From assembly GCA_026129745.1 (NCBI GenBank), contig JAHCHL010000011.1, forward strand, positions 1-64,000: a stretch of 64,000 nt of DNA. The letters are read 5' to 3'. The stretch comes from Fimbriimonadales bacterium (GTDB lineage: Bacteria > Armatimonadota > Fimbriimonadia > Fimbriimonadales > ATM1). Below are positions 19,450 to 29,919 of the stretch, piece after piece; within the stretch, counting starts at the first letter, position 1; every line of letters starts with the position of its first letter. The position numbers and the translations under genes are program-made. The notes under the pieces were generated by a model. It was not told where the DNA came from, did not search any database, and saw only the letters and a list, made by a program, of their open reading frames with translations.

Positions 19450-20565
19450 TCAATCAGCTCGAATCATCGTGATGTTAGCGAAGGCACTCACACCGCCATA
19501 GTAGTGAGCTCTTGGCATTCGCATGATCGCCACTCTTGCCATTGTATTTGACCCAGAGTTCCACCTCATGGTCACCTTCTTGAAGCTACCGAAACCTCCT
19601 GACTGAACCGGGCCCTTTTCTCCATTAACTACAAACTGATATTCAAGCACGTACGGTTCGCCACTCAGGCAAATGGTCCAGAACGACAGATCATAATTTG
19701 TTTGGGGGTCGCAGGCTACTTCTGCAGCCCAAATTAGCTTTGATTCAGTTCCATCTATATTCATGTAGAGCACTTGCTCGTTTCCGGTCTGCTTCTCTGG
19801 TGCAGAGTATTCACCGGGAGTAATCAGCCTGTGCAAGACCGGGTTGTTCCAAACCGGCGCAATGGTATAGCCATCGTGCCAAAGGCAGTTGTAATCCGGG
19901 CTCACATAGTTAACGGACGATACGAATCCGACATTTCCCTGGGAGAAGTCACCGTTCCAAATGAGATTTGTCGGCTGCGCTGGTGTAGCGATCGATTGCG
20001 GCTCAGTTCTCGGCTGAACAGCACGCTTCTGCTCCTGAGACTTTGGTTGCTCGGAATGGTCACGAGATGCGATGTTATTGCTAGTAGGAGCTTGAGTTTG
20101 AATTGGCGTGTCGCTACGGCGGGGCATCGGCGTCGTTTCGACCACGACTCCCTGATGAGACATAGGATCAGTCTTTTCGGGCACAAGCACCACGCGCTCA
20201 ATTGTTCGAGGCACTTCGACCACTTTGGTTGACCTGTTGATCAGGCCAATCGCAATCGCAAGGCCCAAGACGAGCACAGTCGACAGTACAGCAATGAACC
20301 TCGGGGTTGAAAGGCCCCGCGTTGTCTCTGGTGTCAGCAATACAACTTGGCTTGGCGTCTTTGCGGCAGTTGACTGTGCCCCTGTTTCTACCGATTCCTG
20401 AGAAGGTTCCAGCGTCTCGTCGGTGGACGGCTCTCGCTGTGTCGAAATAGACCGAGCCTTTTGAGCCATCTTGTGCGGTTGGAGAAAGTCACCGCATTGA
20501 GGACATACTTCAGCGTCCGAGCTAACTTTGCAACCGCACTTTACGCAAAAGATCTGATTTGACAT
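19450..20565 (-). CDS. Zinc-ribbon / single-TM anchored protein with C-terminal CBM4/9-like beta-sandwich
   Basis: It has an N-terminal CVKCGC...CPQCG ribbon, the TM helix FIAVLSTVLVLGLAIAIGLI, a Pro/Thr/Gln linker, then NLIWNGDFSQGNVGF..W. Confidence 0.5.
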   Translation of the reverse strand: MSNQIFCVKCGCKVSSDAEVCPQCGDFLQPHKMAQKARSISTQREPSTDETLEPSQESVETGAQSTAAKTPSQVVLLTPETTRGLSTPRFIAVLSTVLVLGLAIAIGLINRSTKVVEVPRTIERVVLVPEKTDPMSHQGVVVETTPMPRRSDTPIQTQAPTSNNIASRDHSEQPKSQEQKRAVQPRTEPQSIATPAQPTNLIWNGDFSQGNVGFVSSVNYVSPDYNCLWHDGYTIAPVWNNPVLHRLITPGEYSAPEKQTGNEQVLYMNIDGTESKLIWAAEVACDPQTNYDLSFWTICLSGEPYVLEYQFVVNGEKGPVQSGGFGSFKKVTMRWNSGSNTMARVAIMRMPRAHYYGGVSAFANITMIRAD

Positions 20566-20875
20566 TGTCCTGCTCCACCCCTGGGCAAGAAGACCGCTTG
20601 GCCATTCTTACCACAATTGCCTGCCTGACGGGTGGTGAGACTTGTTCTATCCTATATTCCGTTGGGGTTTTATAGTAATGCCGAACCGATTCCACCGGAT
20701 GGAGGTTGACTGACCAGCGCAGCACCCCTGCCCAGCATTGACGCGAACCCGAGCCCATACATTTCAGCTCAACTGCACAATCGAATTCCACGTATGGTAA
20801 GCTCGGAGAATCTCTTGGAGGTCCGCTCCTGCCGGCGGCCGGAGGGGGCTCTTCAAGCGTTAGTGGAGGAAAACT

Positions 20876-21763
20876 GTGAAGAAATTACTTTTGGCGTCAA
20901 TGGGTCTCACCACCGCACTTGTATGCCTTGGGTCGAGTTGCCCAAAGTCGTTCGGCATCGGATGGATCGTGTTCCACAGCAATCGCCAAGGCTTCTACCA
21001 AATCTTCGGGGTCAACTCGGGCGGCACCGATTTGCGGCGGGTCAGTATCGCGGGATTGTTCGAAAACACCCATTGCATGGTTCCCGATATCCGCGCAGAT
21101 GGCCGAGTTGTGTTCTCTCACTTCTTTGGCGGCCGGTTCACCCTGTCAAGTTGCAATTTTGATGGTAGCGATTTCCAGTATAACTTGACGCAAGGGTTTG
21201 CCGGGGACTGCCTTTTGCCAAGATGGAGTCCAGACGGCAGGAAGATCGCGTTTTCCCACTTCAACGGTTCGACTCGGGACATTTGGGAAATCAATGCCGA
21301 CGGAAGCAACCCGGTTCAAATAACGGGTCCGCAGTTCAATGAAGAGTCATGTGATTACTCCCCAGACGGCGTCAATATAATATTCAATAGTGATCGGGAT
21401 GGGGACTTCGACATCTATCGCTGCAGAGCCGGGCAATTCGAAACCAATGTGGTTCAGCTGGTGAATTCGCCAGGACTTGACTATGCGCCAAGTTATAGCC
21501 CTGATGGGTCGAAGTTCTGTTTCGCATCGTATCGCTCAGGGCAATCAGAGATATGGCGAGCAACGTCTACAGGAGCATCACAAACCCAACTAACCCATCA
21601 CAATGCAGCTTGCCATGCGCCAAGATATGCGAACATAAGCCAAATTCTGTTTATGTCGAGCGTCAGCGGCAATTTCGAGATCTATGTAATGGACGATACC
21701 GGTGCGAACCTCACTCAACTCACCAACGACGCCTCTGTGGATGGGTATCCTTCTTCTAACTAA
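20876..21763 (+). CDS. TolB-like PD40 beta-propeller repeat protein
   Basis: WSPDGRKIAFS, YSPDGVNIIFNSDRDGDFDIY and YSPDGSKFCFAS repeats are present, along with a signal peptide. Confidence 0.65.
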   Translation: MKKLLLASMGLTTALVCLGSSCPKSFGIGWIVFHSNRQGFYQIFGVNSGGTDLRRVSIAGLFENTHCMVPDIRADGRVVFSHFFGGRFTLSSCNFDGSDFQYNLTQGFAGDCLLPRWSPDGRKIAFSHFNGSTRDIWEINADGSNPVQITGPQFNEESCDYSPDGVNIIFNSDRDGDFDIYRCRAGQFETNVVQLVNSPGLDYAPSYSPDGSKFCFASYRSGQSEIWRATSTGASQTQLTHHNAACHAPRYANISQILFMSSVSGNFEIYVMDDTGANLTQLTNDASVDGYPSSN

Positions 21764-22097
21764 TTTGCATGGGTTTATCGCCACGCTCCGTGAAAGGAGT
21801 TTGGCAATCAAAACTAAAACTAAATCGCATCTGAAATCGACCTGCCGAGATGTAGCAATCGCTTCTGAGTCGGTTCAAACTACCTCGGCTGCTTTCCGTC
21901 AATGACGATCCACGATGTAGATTGCAAACCATGCGATGCCATTGGGGGTTTTGCCCAGCGGTATCTCCTGTATCGCGGCGATTCCAGCCTGCTGGATGGG
22001 AGGCGCGGAGTTGTAACGTATCCAGTATCTTCTGGGTGCTCTTTCCGCAATCGTGTTGATGGCTACCTTGATAGCTACACCTTATCTTGCCACGTTC

Positions 22098-22631
22098 CTA
22101 CCAAGATGGCGATTCGGAGCGATACTTACGCGTCCGTTCAGCCATGGATTCCGGCGGAACGTCTGATTGCGAAAGTGTCGCCCGCAAGACGGCAATCTGT
22201 CCAGCATGATACGCGTCATGCGTAGTTATGACCGAAATGATCTTCCATGCGGGCCACAATTCGCCCCAGTTTGTCTTCCGCTGTGAATACAAGTCCTCGT
22301 CCGACAAGCCAGTCCAACAGTCTATCCAATATGCATGGCTCTCACGAAGGTAGACGAGCGTACGCTTCCAGTCCGAACCGATCACTTCCAATCGTGCAAC
22401 GACATCCCGCCATCTAATTTCGAGGTTTCGAAATGCCGCGCTGCCGTACATGACCTTGCAAGTCGCGACATGCTGAACAATCCCTAGAATCGAGCCGTTG
22501 TTGTGCATGTGCTCGCCGGGCTTTATCAGTGCTACCGCCCACGAGTGCTCTTGTCTGACGCCGTCGAGAGCCTCGATGAGGGACGCGAATTCATGATCGG
22601 CTTGATTTCGCAAGACTTGGACAGTATTCAT
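22098..22631 (-). CDS. DinB/YfiT-family metal-dependent hydrolase-like protein
   Basis: The C-terminal motif is [14 protein letters not shown]. Confidence 0.6.
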   Translation of the reverse strand: MNTVQVLRNQADHEFASLIEALDGVRQEHSWAVALIKPGEHMHNNGSILGIVQHVATCKVMYGSAAFRNLEIRWRDVVARLEVIGSDWKRTLVYLRESHAYWIDCWTGLSDEDLYSQRKTNWGELWPAWKIISVITTHDAYHAGQIAVLRATLSQSDVPPESMAERTRKYRSESPSW

Positions 22632-23809
22632 AATTCCAACAACTTCGACGCGGACTCCATGTCCTTGTCACCTCGTCCGCTCAAATTGACCAGCACAGTC
22701 GAGGCGCGCGGAAGGTCGAGCTTCTTAAGCAACGCGAACGCGTGCGCGCATTCGAACGCCGGAATGATCCCTTCAAGCCGCGAGAGCCAAACGAAAGCAT
22801 CGAGCGCTTCCTGATCGGTGACCGCATGATATTCGGCGCGGCCTGTGTCTTTGAGGAATGAGTGTTCCGGTCCAACGCCTGGATAGTCCAATCCGGCAGA
22901 AACGGAATGCGTTCCAACAACCTGACCGTCCTCGTCTTGCATCAGATATGAAAACGATCCATGCAAAACGCCCGGTGACCCTGCCGTCAAAGGCGCGGCG
23001 TGTTCGCCGGTTTCGAGTCCATGCCCACCCGCTTCCGCGCCGATCAGTCGCACCGAAGTATCGGGAATAAACGCGTGAAAGAATCCGATCGCGTTCGATC
23101 CTCCGCCGACGCACGCAATCGCAACATCCGGCAATTGTCCAGGACCTTCCAACATCTGCGCCCTCGCTTCATCGCCGATTACGCGTTGAAACTGTCGGAC
23201 CATAACCGGATACGGATGCGGCCCGACACAGGAACCAACGATGTAGTGAGTGTCTTGAACGTTCGTCACCCAGTCTCTCATCGCTTCGTTCGTCGCGTCT
23301 TTCAGAGTCTTCGTTCCGCTCGAAACCGGAATGACTTCTGCGCCGAGCAAACGCATTCGAAACACATTGATCTTCTGCCGTTCGACATCTTCGGATCCCA
23401 TGTAAACGACGCACTGCAAACCGAACATCGCGCAAGCGGTCGCCGTCGCGACGCCATGCTGACCTGCACCGGTTTCGGCGATGATTCGCTTCTTGCCCAT
23501 TCTAACGGCGAGCAATGCTTGGCCGATCGCATTGTTCAGCTTATGCGCGCCCGTGTGACACAAGTCTTCGCGCTTGATGTAAACGTCGAGTCCGAATTCT
23601 TGGCTGAGGCGCTTCGCCGGCGTGATTGGCGTCGGTCGCCCAACCGTGTGCTTGTAGTGCCATGCCAATTCTTCTTGAAACGCGGGGTCAGCCCAGGCTG
23701 CTTCGAAAGAACGGGCGAGTTCGTCGAGCGCAGGGATCAGCGTTTCGGGTACGAACCGCCCGCCGTAATCTCCAAATCTGCCTCTGGCATCAGGTGGAAG
23801 CTGAATCAT
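22628..23809 (-). CDS. trpB: Tryptophan synthase beta chain
   Basis: [12 protein letters not shown] and [13 protein letters not shown] motifs are present. Length is 393 aa. Confidence 0.9.
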   Translation of the reverse strand: MIQLPPDARGRFGDYGGRFVPETLIPALDELARSFEAAWADPAFQEELAWHYKHTVGRPTPITPAKRLSQEFGLDVYIKREDLCHTGAHKLNNAIGQALLAVRMGKKRIIAETGAGQHGVATATACAMFGLQCVVYMGSEDVERQKINVFRMRLLGAEVIPVSSGTKTLKDATNEAMRDWVTNVQDTHYIVGSCVGPHPYPVMVRQFQRVIGDEARAQMLEGPGQLPDVAIACVGGGSNAIGFFHAFIPDTSVRLIGAEAGGHGLETGEHAAPLTAGSPGVLHGSFSYLMQDEDGQVVGTHSVSAGLDYPGVGPEHSFLKDTGRAEYHAVTDQEALDAFVWLSRLEGIIPAFECAHAFALLKKLDLPRASTVLVNLSGRGDKDMESASKLLEL

Positions 23810-25347
23810 CTGTTGTCCATTATGAGTCGCTGCAGTTCCTTGAATAGCTCGACCATAGCCAGTGTGTCCAACTTGCAGTATTCGAGCAAGTCTTTCTTGA
23901 TCTGCTCACGTTCGTTGGGTGGGCATTTCGGGTCGATCATCTTGCGATACATCGTCGTCGCCATCTCGCCTTCTTGAATGTTCAGCCCATCATAAGAAAG
24001 TGAAGGAACCATTGCCGGGAGTACGCGCTTGATGCTGAAGCTTCCGCAAAACTCTGGGAAGTAAATGTAAGCGCGGATGAGTTTGAGAAGATCCACGACT
24101 CGATCCGAAAAAGTCTCGTATAGTGGTTGTGCCGTCGATTCATCGAATTTCAGCAAATCCTTCAGCCTCTGTTCTTCAAAATTGGAATAGATAACGATCG
24201 ACCCTGCTCCTTCGATAGCATTCGAAAGCGAGGAAATGAAGTCCGGTCTCGGATCGCCGAAACCAGCGTAAATGAATTCGTCGTGCGAGAGGTTGCCGTC
24301 TGCATCCAACACGTGATCGGACCATTGCACAGGCAGGAAATCGTAAGGCCCTGTTCCGATATGCCTTGGAATCGCGTACTGCGCTGTTTCGAAATCCACG
24401 AAGTGAATCGGATAGCGAATCGAATCCAACTCTTCGCGGATTGCGGGGTCGACCCAGCGTGCACCGGTGCGCAGCGCCTCGCGGACCCGCTCTTGCGTCG
24501 AGTGCTTGAGCATTTCGTCGGGAATGTCCTGGATCCGGGATATTCCCGCTGCTCGAAGCATTCGGTATTGCTGGAGGTCGATTCGGGGCAGATTCATCAG
24601 GTGCTCGATCGGGAGCGGCTCCGGATGGCAATGATCATAAAAGGGGCAATGGTACGGATCGTCGCATTGAGGCCCTATCTCAATTGCGGGCTCGGAGCCG
24701 GCGTCGAGCACCGAGAGCATTCTCTCGACGTCCGCCTCGATCGTGGGCACCAGTTCCTCAACCAGCGCAGTCACGTCGACTTTCTCAAAAAGCTCGATTG
24801 GGGTCGGATCGACTCCTCGGTGCTCGAAATCGCGGTTGAGCAAAAGCAGGCTTGCTCTGCCAACATTCTCACCTGCCTTTCGCATCACATAGACTTGAAA
24901 GGCGACATCAATCAGGTACTCGGGCTTTGGCTCATTGCCTTCTCGTGGAGAAGTTCCTGATTTGACTTCGATGATCTCCCAATCGCTCGGCACTTCATCG
25001 AACAGCGATGCTTGACCACTCGAAACGCTTGAACTCCGGTGCAGGATATCGACTCGCACTGAGAGCCTTTCTGTTCCGAAAGCTGCTTCGAACAACGTGT
25101 TCTTGCCTTCTTCAATTAGCTGCTTTGTTCTTTGCTCTGCCGCGTTCTGATCCCATGCCGGGACATTCACCAAAGTTCCTTGCGGGAACAGCTTTTGCGC
25201 AAGCTTTCCGACCTCGTTTCCTTCATCGAATCGCAATTGATCGGCGGGTGTGATGACACGAAGTTCCTTGCGATATTTTTCAAGGTACAAGCGTTTTTCG
25301 CATTGCAGACCTGCTGTGAAATTTGATTTCGTGAGTTTTGTTTGCAT
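23806..25347 (-). CDS. DUF2779-like protein: Cas4/RecB-like PD-(D/E)XK nuclease with 4-Cys cluster plus C-terminal DnaQ-like (DEDD) exonuclease-like domain
   Basis: An N-terminal Cys ([11 protein letters not shown]) and [13 protein letters not shown] form the 1+3 Cys pattern of Cas4/AddB Fe-S nucleases. FVDFETAQ matches the exonuclease Exo I motif. Start chosen at the Met giving MQTKL. Confidence 0.5.
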   Translation of the reverse strand: MQTKLTKSNFTAGLQCEKRLYLEKYRKELRVITPADQLRFDEGNEVGKLAQKLFPQGTLVNVPAWDQNAAEQRTKQLIEEGKNTLFEAAFGTERLSVRVDILHRSSSVSSGQASLFDEVPSDWEIIEVKSGTSPREGNEPKPEYLIDVAFQVYVMRKAGENVGRASLLLLNRDFEHRGVDPTPIELFEKVDVTALVEELVPTIEADVERMLSVLDAGSEPAIEIGPQCDDPYHCPFYDHCHPEPLPIEHLMNLPRIDLQQYRMLRAAGISRIQDIPDEMLKHSTQERVREALRTGARWVDPAIREELDSIRYPIHFVDFETAQYAIPRHIGTGPYDFLPVQWSDHVLDADGNLSHDEFIYAGFGDPRPDFISSLSNAIEGAGSIVIYSNFEEQRLKDLLKFDESTAQPLYETFSDRVVDLLKLIRAYIYFPEFCGSFSIKRVLPAMVPSLSYDGLNIQEGEMATTMYRKMIDPKCPPNEREQIKKDLLEYCKLDTLAMVELFKELQRLIMDNR

Positions 25348-25352
25348 TATGT

Positions 25353-25640
25353 TTACAGCCATTCCCAAACTACCTCCACCGCTTCCGCCTCTGGTGATTC
25401 GCAAAGCAACGATTCTATTTGCGTTCTCTCTCGCTCGACGGTGCGTTTGTTCGGCCCGACGATGGCCGCTGCAACCACGGACGATCGAATTCGATTCTGC
25501 AACCCTACCTCCGAAATGCTGATATACCTCTGCTTGCGAACTCGGTCCAACAGGGATCGCAAAATCTGCCGCTTGTCCTTGAGGCTGTTGGATCCAGGAA
25601 AGTCATAGGTAATCGTCAACAATCCGATGAAAGCTTGCAC
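25353..25640 (-). CDS. DUF503 (YlxP-like) small protein
   Basis: 95 aa; MQAFIGLLTITYDFPGSNSLKDKRQILRSL is the family signature. Confidence 0.6.
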   Translation of the reverse strand: MQAFIGLLTITYDFPGSNSLKDKRQILRSLLDRVRKQRYISISEVGLQNRIRSSVVAAAIVGPNKRTVERERTQIESLLCESPEAEAVEVVWEWL

Positions 25641-25641
25641 G

Positions 25642-26538
25642 TTATCCCTCGCTCCTTAGGTTCGGTGGCAGCTTGTATCGGCGGTCCATGTGGATTTCGA
25701 GGCTGTCTTTGTCGACCTCTTCGCAAGGCAGATTATTCACCGGCGACCTGATCGACTGAAGGTGGTAATCCCTGGCCATTTGCGCTGTTCGAACGCCAAC
25801 TTGATAATGTTCGAGCGTTAGGGCGTGCGAGACGACCCCTTCTTTGATTGCGTTCAATACGACATCAGAGCCGCTAATCGGGAACAGATTCCGAGTTGAA
25901 GCTTTGCTTGCAAAAAGGTAAGCATCTTCGCCAACTGGAACGATGAGTTCGGCCCACTCGAGGTCTTCTTGCGTGACATCGGCAAGCTCCCTGAATCGAG
26001 ACCTGAACTCTTTGCCCTCGCCCGATCGGGAGTAGACGCTCCCTTGCATCCTTTCGGTCTTAATCGGTTCGTTGCCAAACACGAACAAAATTTGTGATGG
26101 CACTTTCGGCAGTTGCGAGAGGCGAATCTTCCAAATATAAATCGTGCGCTCTGCAGAGATTCCGACGTGCCCCGCTTTACTAACCATTGCGTCGTCTGCT
26201 CCGACCGTAATGACGTCGCGTTCGATTTTCGAGAGCGCATTTACGACGCTTGCGACTTGTTCGCGTCGCGTAAAGACTATTGAAATGGCTGCACGTTCTC
26301 CTTTCGGCGCTTGCTTGGCGGCGGCGACGATCGATTCTGTATCCAAGTTGGCACATCGCACGATTTTGGAATCGTATCCGTAGGCCCGCAGAGTCTCAAC
26401 GAATCCTGCGGTGATCTCCCGCTTCCATTGCTCATCGCCAGCGGGCAAAACCAGAGTGAAGGTTGGTCTGGGAACGTAGTCCGAGCCGCCGCATCCCGCG
26501 AGAATCGTCAGAACAAAGGCAAAGAGGAAAGCTCTCAC
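25642..26538 (-). CDS. Lipoprotein with periplasmic-binding-protein-like fold
   Basis: It has the lipobox LAGC and the alternating beta-alpha pattern of a type I PBP. Substrate is unknown. Confidence 0.4.
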   Translation of the reverse strand: MRAFLFAFVLTILAGCGGSDYVPRPTFTLVLPAGDEQWKREITAGFVETLRAYGYDSKIVRCANLDTESIVAAAKQAPKGERAAISIVFTRREQVASVVNALSKIERDVITVGADDAMVSKAGHVGISAERTIYIWKIRLSQLPKVPSQILFVFGNEPIKTERMQGSVYSRSGEGKEFRSRFRELADVTQEDLEWAELIVPVGEDAYLFASKASTRNLFPISGSDVVLNAIKEGVVSHALTLEHYQVGVRTAQMARDYHLQSIRSPVNNLPCEEVDKDSLEIHMDRRYKLPPNLRSEG

Positions 26539-27416
26539 TCGAGCAGCGCATCTGCGTACTCCTTGGCATCAAAAGTCCGCAGGTCCTCCACCTTTTCACC
26601 GACCCCAATCAGTTTGACGGGGATTCCGAGTCGCTCCTTAACGCCCAGGATCGCGCCTCCCCTCGCGGTTCCGTCCAATTTCGTGACAACTACGCCAGTA
26701 ACTCCTGCAACTTTCCCAAACTCCTCTGCTTGTCGGATTGCGTTTTGACCGGTATTGCCATCGATCACAAGCAGAACTTCGTCAGGTGGTCGCCCCAGTG
26801 CCTTTTGCGAGACGCGTCCGATTTTTTCAAGTTCTTGCATTAGGTTTGCTCTCGTGTGCTGTCGACCAGCCGTGTCTGCGAGAACGAAGTCGACGCCTCT
26901 CGCTTTGGCAGCCGTGATTGCATCGAATACAACCGCGCCCGGGTCTCCGCCTGGCACTCCCTTGACAATTTCAACACCAACTCTTTGTGCCCATATGTCG
27001 AGCTGCTCAATCGCTGCAGCGCGAAACGTGTCGGCAGCTGCGACAAGAACTCGCTTGCCTTCGCTCTTCAGTTTGTGCGCGAGCTTTGCAATGGTCGTGG
27101 TCTTTCCTGCGCCGTTGACTCCGAGAAACAGATAAACGGTTGGGGCCGAATCTGAAACGACAAGCGGACACTCTTCGTTTGCAAGCTTCTTAGTTATCGC
27201 TTGTGCAAGAGCGCTGCGGATCTCTTCAGGATGCTCCAACTTTTCTTTGCGCACTCGCATTCGAAGATCATCCAATATTTCCGTGGCCACAGTAATGCCA
27301 ACGTCTGCAGAGAGCAGCACCTCTTCCAAATCTTCAAACAGCGACTCATCGACGACTCCACGGCCGAACAAGCGGTCGAGCTTGTCCTTTATTCCCTTGA
27401 AAAGTTTCAGCCGCAT
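26535..27416 (-). CDS. ftsY: Signal recognition particle receptor FtsY (short form)
   Basis: LFLGVNGAGKTTTIAKLA and DTAGR motifs define the NG domain. Confidence 0.9.
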   Translation of the reverse strand: MRLKLFKGIKDKLDRLFGRGVVDESLFEDLEEVLLSADVGITVATEILDDLRMRVRKEKLEHPEEIRSALAQAITKKLANEECPLVVSDSAPTVYLFLGVNGAGKTTTIAKLAHKLKSEGKRVLVAAADTFRAAAIEQLDIWAQRVGVEIVKGVPGGDPGAVVFDAITAAKARGVDFVLADTAGRQHTRANLMQELEKIGRVSQKALGRPPDEVLLVIDGNTGQNAIRQAEEFGKVAGVTGVVVTKLDGTARGGAILGVKERLGIPVKLIGVGEKVEDLRTFDAKEYADALLE

Positions 27417-27426
27417 GCCTACGTGT

Positions 27427-27834
27427 TCAGTTTGGCGACGGCCCTTGAACGAGGGTCAATCGCGCGTCTGCAATAGGCTCACCGTTGTGCAGCACGTCGA
27501 GCCGATAGTTGCCCGGCTTTGGGAACGTCATTCCGTCCACGCGGAAGGTCTCGAACATGGTCGCTGGCCGCCCGTCGACGGACTTCGGCACCGAAAACTC
27601 GCCTTCGATTCCCATCATTTCATGCCCATCTTCGTCCATCAAAACAAGTTTGATTCGAGAAACGGATCCGGCTTCAAAGGGGTCGAATTCGAACTCGACG
27701 CAAATGAAAAAGGTCGGGTGCACCAAAGGATATTGAGAGCCGCCGATTGTATCGAACATGCCGATCAGGCAACCCTTGCCGCCGTCCATCCGGCCAGCGT
27801 AATCGCAAAACTTTAGAAGGAGAACTTTCACCAT
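27427..27834 (-). CDS. Hypothetical protein (135 aa)
   Basis: An ORF tightly spaced between the translin gene and ftsY. No motifs were recognised. Confidence 0.35.
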   Translation of the reverse strand: MVKVLLLKFCDYAGRMDGGKGCLIGMFDTIGGSQYPLVHPTFFICVEFEFDPFEAGSVSRIKLVLMDEDGHEMMGIEGEFSVPKSVDGRPATMFETFRVDGMTFPKPGNYRLDVLHNGEPIADARLTLVQGPSPN

Positions 27835-27857
27835 GCCTATCTTGGCATAGGCACGGG

Positions 27858-28487
27858 TTACTTGGGGGGTTCGACGCTCTTTAGATGCTCGATCAGTTCC
27901 AGCTGCATGCCGGTTACGGAAAGGTCGCTTTGAGTTCGTTCGAGGACGGCCCTCAGCGCGTCCACGCTTCGGCGCAGGTTGCTTGTCAGCGCATCCGGAT
28001 AATCGAACGTAATCAGCTCATCATAAATGTCTTCCATTTCCTCTGCCAAGTGCCTGGCTGTGCCTTCGTCGCCTTTCCTGAGCGCATCGAGGGAATACCT
28101 GCGGCATTCGCTGGCGGCCTCACAAAGTCCATTCAAGTACGCTTGTGGCTCGACACCCAGCTCTTCCGGTGTTGGCAGCCTATCGCCCGATGTGATTGCG
28201 AAGAGCGTTCGGGCTTCGACGTACTCTTTAACCGCATCTTGAAAGTAAGGTGCGAATTTTAGCGTTGGGAAACCCTCGAGGACATTGAGCGCAGATCTTA
28301 TGATTCCATCAGCTTCATCCATAAGCGTATTCGCTTCGCTTCGCTGATTCCGGTGAATGTGTTTGATGGCTTTGGAACAAAGTTGAATGACTTTACGACC
28401 CTCGGCGAGAGCTTTTTCGCGCGCGGTGTGCTGTGACTCCATTCTCGAACGGAGCCCTTCGCAGATTTCGGATAAGTTGGTCGGCAT
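27858..28487 (-). CDS. Translin-family protein
   Basis: It is about 209 aa and all-helical, with the pattern REKALAEGRKVIQLCSKAIKHIH ... YLNGLCEAASECRRYSLDAL ... DIYDELITFDYPDALTSNLRR, which matches the translin/TRAX family profile. Confidence 0.55.
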   Translation of the reverse strand: MPTNLSEICEGLRSRMESQHTAREKALAEGRKVIQLCSKAIKHIHRNQRSEANTLMDEADGIIRSALNVLEGFPTLKFAPYFQDAVKEYVEARTLFAITSGDRLPTPEELGVEPQAYLNGLCEAASECRRYSLDALRKGDEGTARHLAEEMEDIYDELITFDYPDALTSNLRRSVDALRAVLERTQSDLSVTGMQLELIEHLKSVEPPK

Positions 28488-28499
28488 TTGTCCGTTTTA

Positions 28500-29159
28500 T
28501 CAGATTGCGCCCAGTCGCTGCATCGATCGAAAGTCTCCTTCACCTACGATGACATGGTCAAGCAGCGGAATTTCGAGAATTCTTCCTGCTTCAGACAGAA
28601 CGCGAGTCACTTCGAAGTCTTCGGGGCTTGGCGTTGGATCACCACTCGGATGATTGTGCACTGCGATGATCGCAGCGGCGCCTTCTCTAACGGCCTCTTT
28701 GTAGAACTCCTTGACGCCGACAACAGAAGCTGATACGGTTCCGATATGAACAACTTGGGACTTGATGACTTTGTTCTTTGCATCCAAAAGCAATGAGCAA
28801 AAGTGTTCCTTACGTTCGTCGCGCAAGTGCAAGAATTGGCGATAAACGTCCTCAGGCCCGCCAATCGTCACGCGATCTCCTCGCCCAGCTTCCACAGTTC
28901 GCCGCCCTAACTCGAGCAATGCAAAGAATTGGCACAATCGGAAACTGGAAAAGCCTGCGTGTTCTTCAAACATCTTCGGTGCGGCATTAGGCAAACCGCG
29001 GATGCCACCCGCGTATTGAAGCAGGTCGCGCGCAATGGGAATGGCGGCATCGGCATCCTTTTCATCGTTTACGATAGCCACTGCGAGCAATTCGAGGGGC
29101 GACATCGACGATGCTCCCGCATTGCTCAGTTTCTGAAAGAGTTCGCTCTTCACTGGCAT
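28500..29159 (-). CDS. radC: RadC-like JAB-domain protein
   Basis: The JAMM motif HNHPSGDPTPSPED and an N-terminal HhH-like region are present. Confidence 0.85.
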   Translation of the reverse strand: MPVKSELFQKLSNAGASSMSPLELLAVAIVNDEKDADAAIPIARDLLQYAGGIRGLPNAAPKMFEEHAGFSSFRLCQFFALLELGRRTVEAGRGDRVTIGGPEDVYRQFLHLRDERKEHFCSLLLDAKNKVIKSQVVHIGTVSASVVGVKEFYKEAVREGAAAIIAVHNHPSGDPTPSPEDFEVTRVLSEAGRILEIPLLDHVIVGEGDFRSMQRLGAI

Positions 29160-29205
29160 ATGGTTCGATTTCTCAAAGGGAAGTCCTCCGTGTACACTAT
29201 GGCTT

Positions 29206-29919
29206 GTGGATTATAGGGCCGCAATCATCGGAGGCACCGGGGTCGGCGACTTGCTACTGGCGAAGGGTACGAGGGCGATTCACATACCAACGAAATTCGG
29301 GTTAGTGAGAGCCCGCGACTTGGGCGGCAACGTACTGGTTCTTGCCAGGCACGGAGCAGGGCACAAGCTGCCTCCAAGCGGGGTCAATTACACCGCGCTT
29401 TCCGAAGCGCTGCGGCTATTGCGTATTGAATACTGCTTTTCTACTGCCGCGGTCGGAAGCCTCGACTCTTCCATGCCAGTCGGTGCGCTGTGCGTTTGCT
29501 CAGACTTGCTCGACGTTTCGGGCCGAGAATCGGTGCGATTCGCATCTCTCGTAGAGCATTGCGACATGACTCATCCATTCGACCTTTCCGCAAGATCGAA
29601 GTTGATTGAAGCAGCGAAGTCGGCGGGAATCGACATTTCGGAAGAAGGGGTCTACGTCTGTGTGAACGGTCCTCGCTACGAGACTCCAGCCGAAATCCAA
29701 GCTATTCGAATACTTGGAGGTCAACTGGTTGGAATGACTGCTGGCACGGAAGCCGTCGCTATGAGGGAAGCCGGAATCAAGTACGCTTGCCTTGCGATCG
29801 TCACGAACTATGCGACTGGACTGCAGGAATCACCGCTGAGCCATGACGAAGTTGTTGCAGAAATGAAAGTCTGCGGTGAAAAGGCATTGAAAGTTTTGCT
29901 TGGGGCAACAAGCCGATGA
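29206..29919 (+). CDS. Purine nucleoside / 5'-methylthioadenosine phosphorylase family (PNP_UDP_1)
   Basis: AIIGGTGVGDL and GMTAGTEAVAMREAGIKYACLAIVTNYA motifs are present. Confidence 0.7.
   Translation: MDYRAAIIGGTGVGDLLLAKGTRAIHIPTKFGLVRARDLGGNVLVLARHGAGHKLPPSGVNYTALSEALRLLRIEYCFSTAAVGSLDSSMPVGALCVCSDLLDVSGRESVRFASLVEHCDMTHPFDLSARSKLIEAAKSAGIDISEEGVYVCVNGPRYETPAEIQAIRILGGQLVGMTAGTEAVAMREAGIKYACLAIVTNYATGLQESPLSHDEVVAEMKVCGEKALKVLLGATSR

Noticed and set aside
21764-22097. 334-bp convergent intergenic region as a possible ncRNA locus
   Set aside because: There is no recognisable structure, terminator or conserved motif that I could identify by eye.
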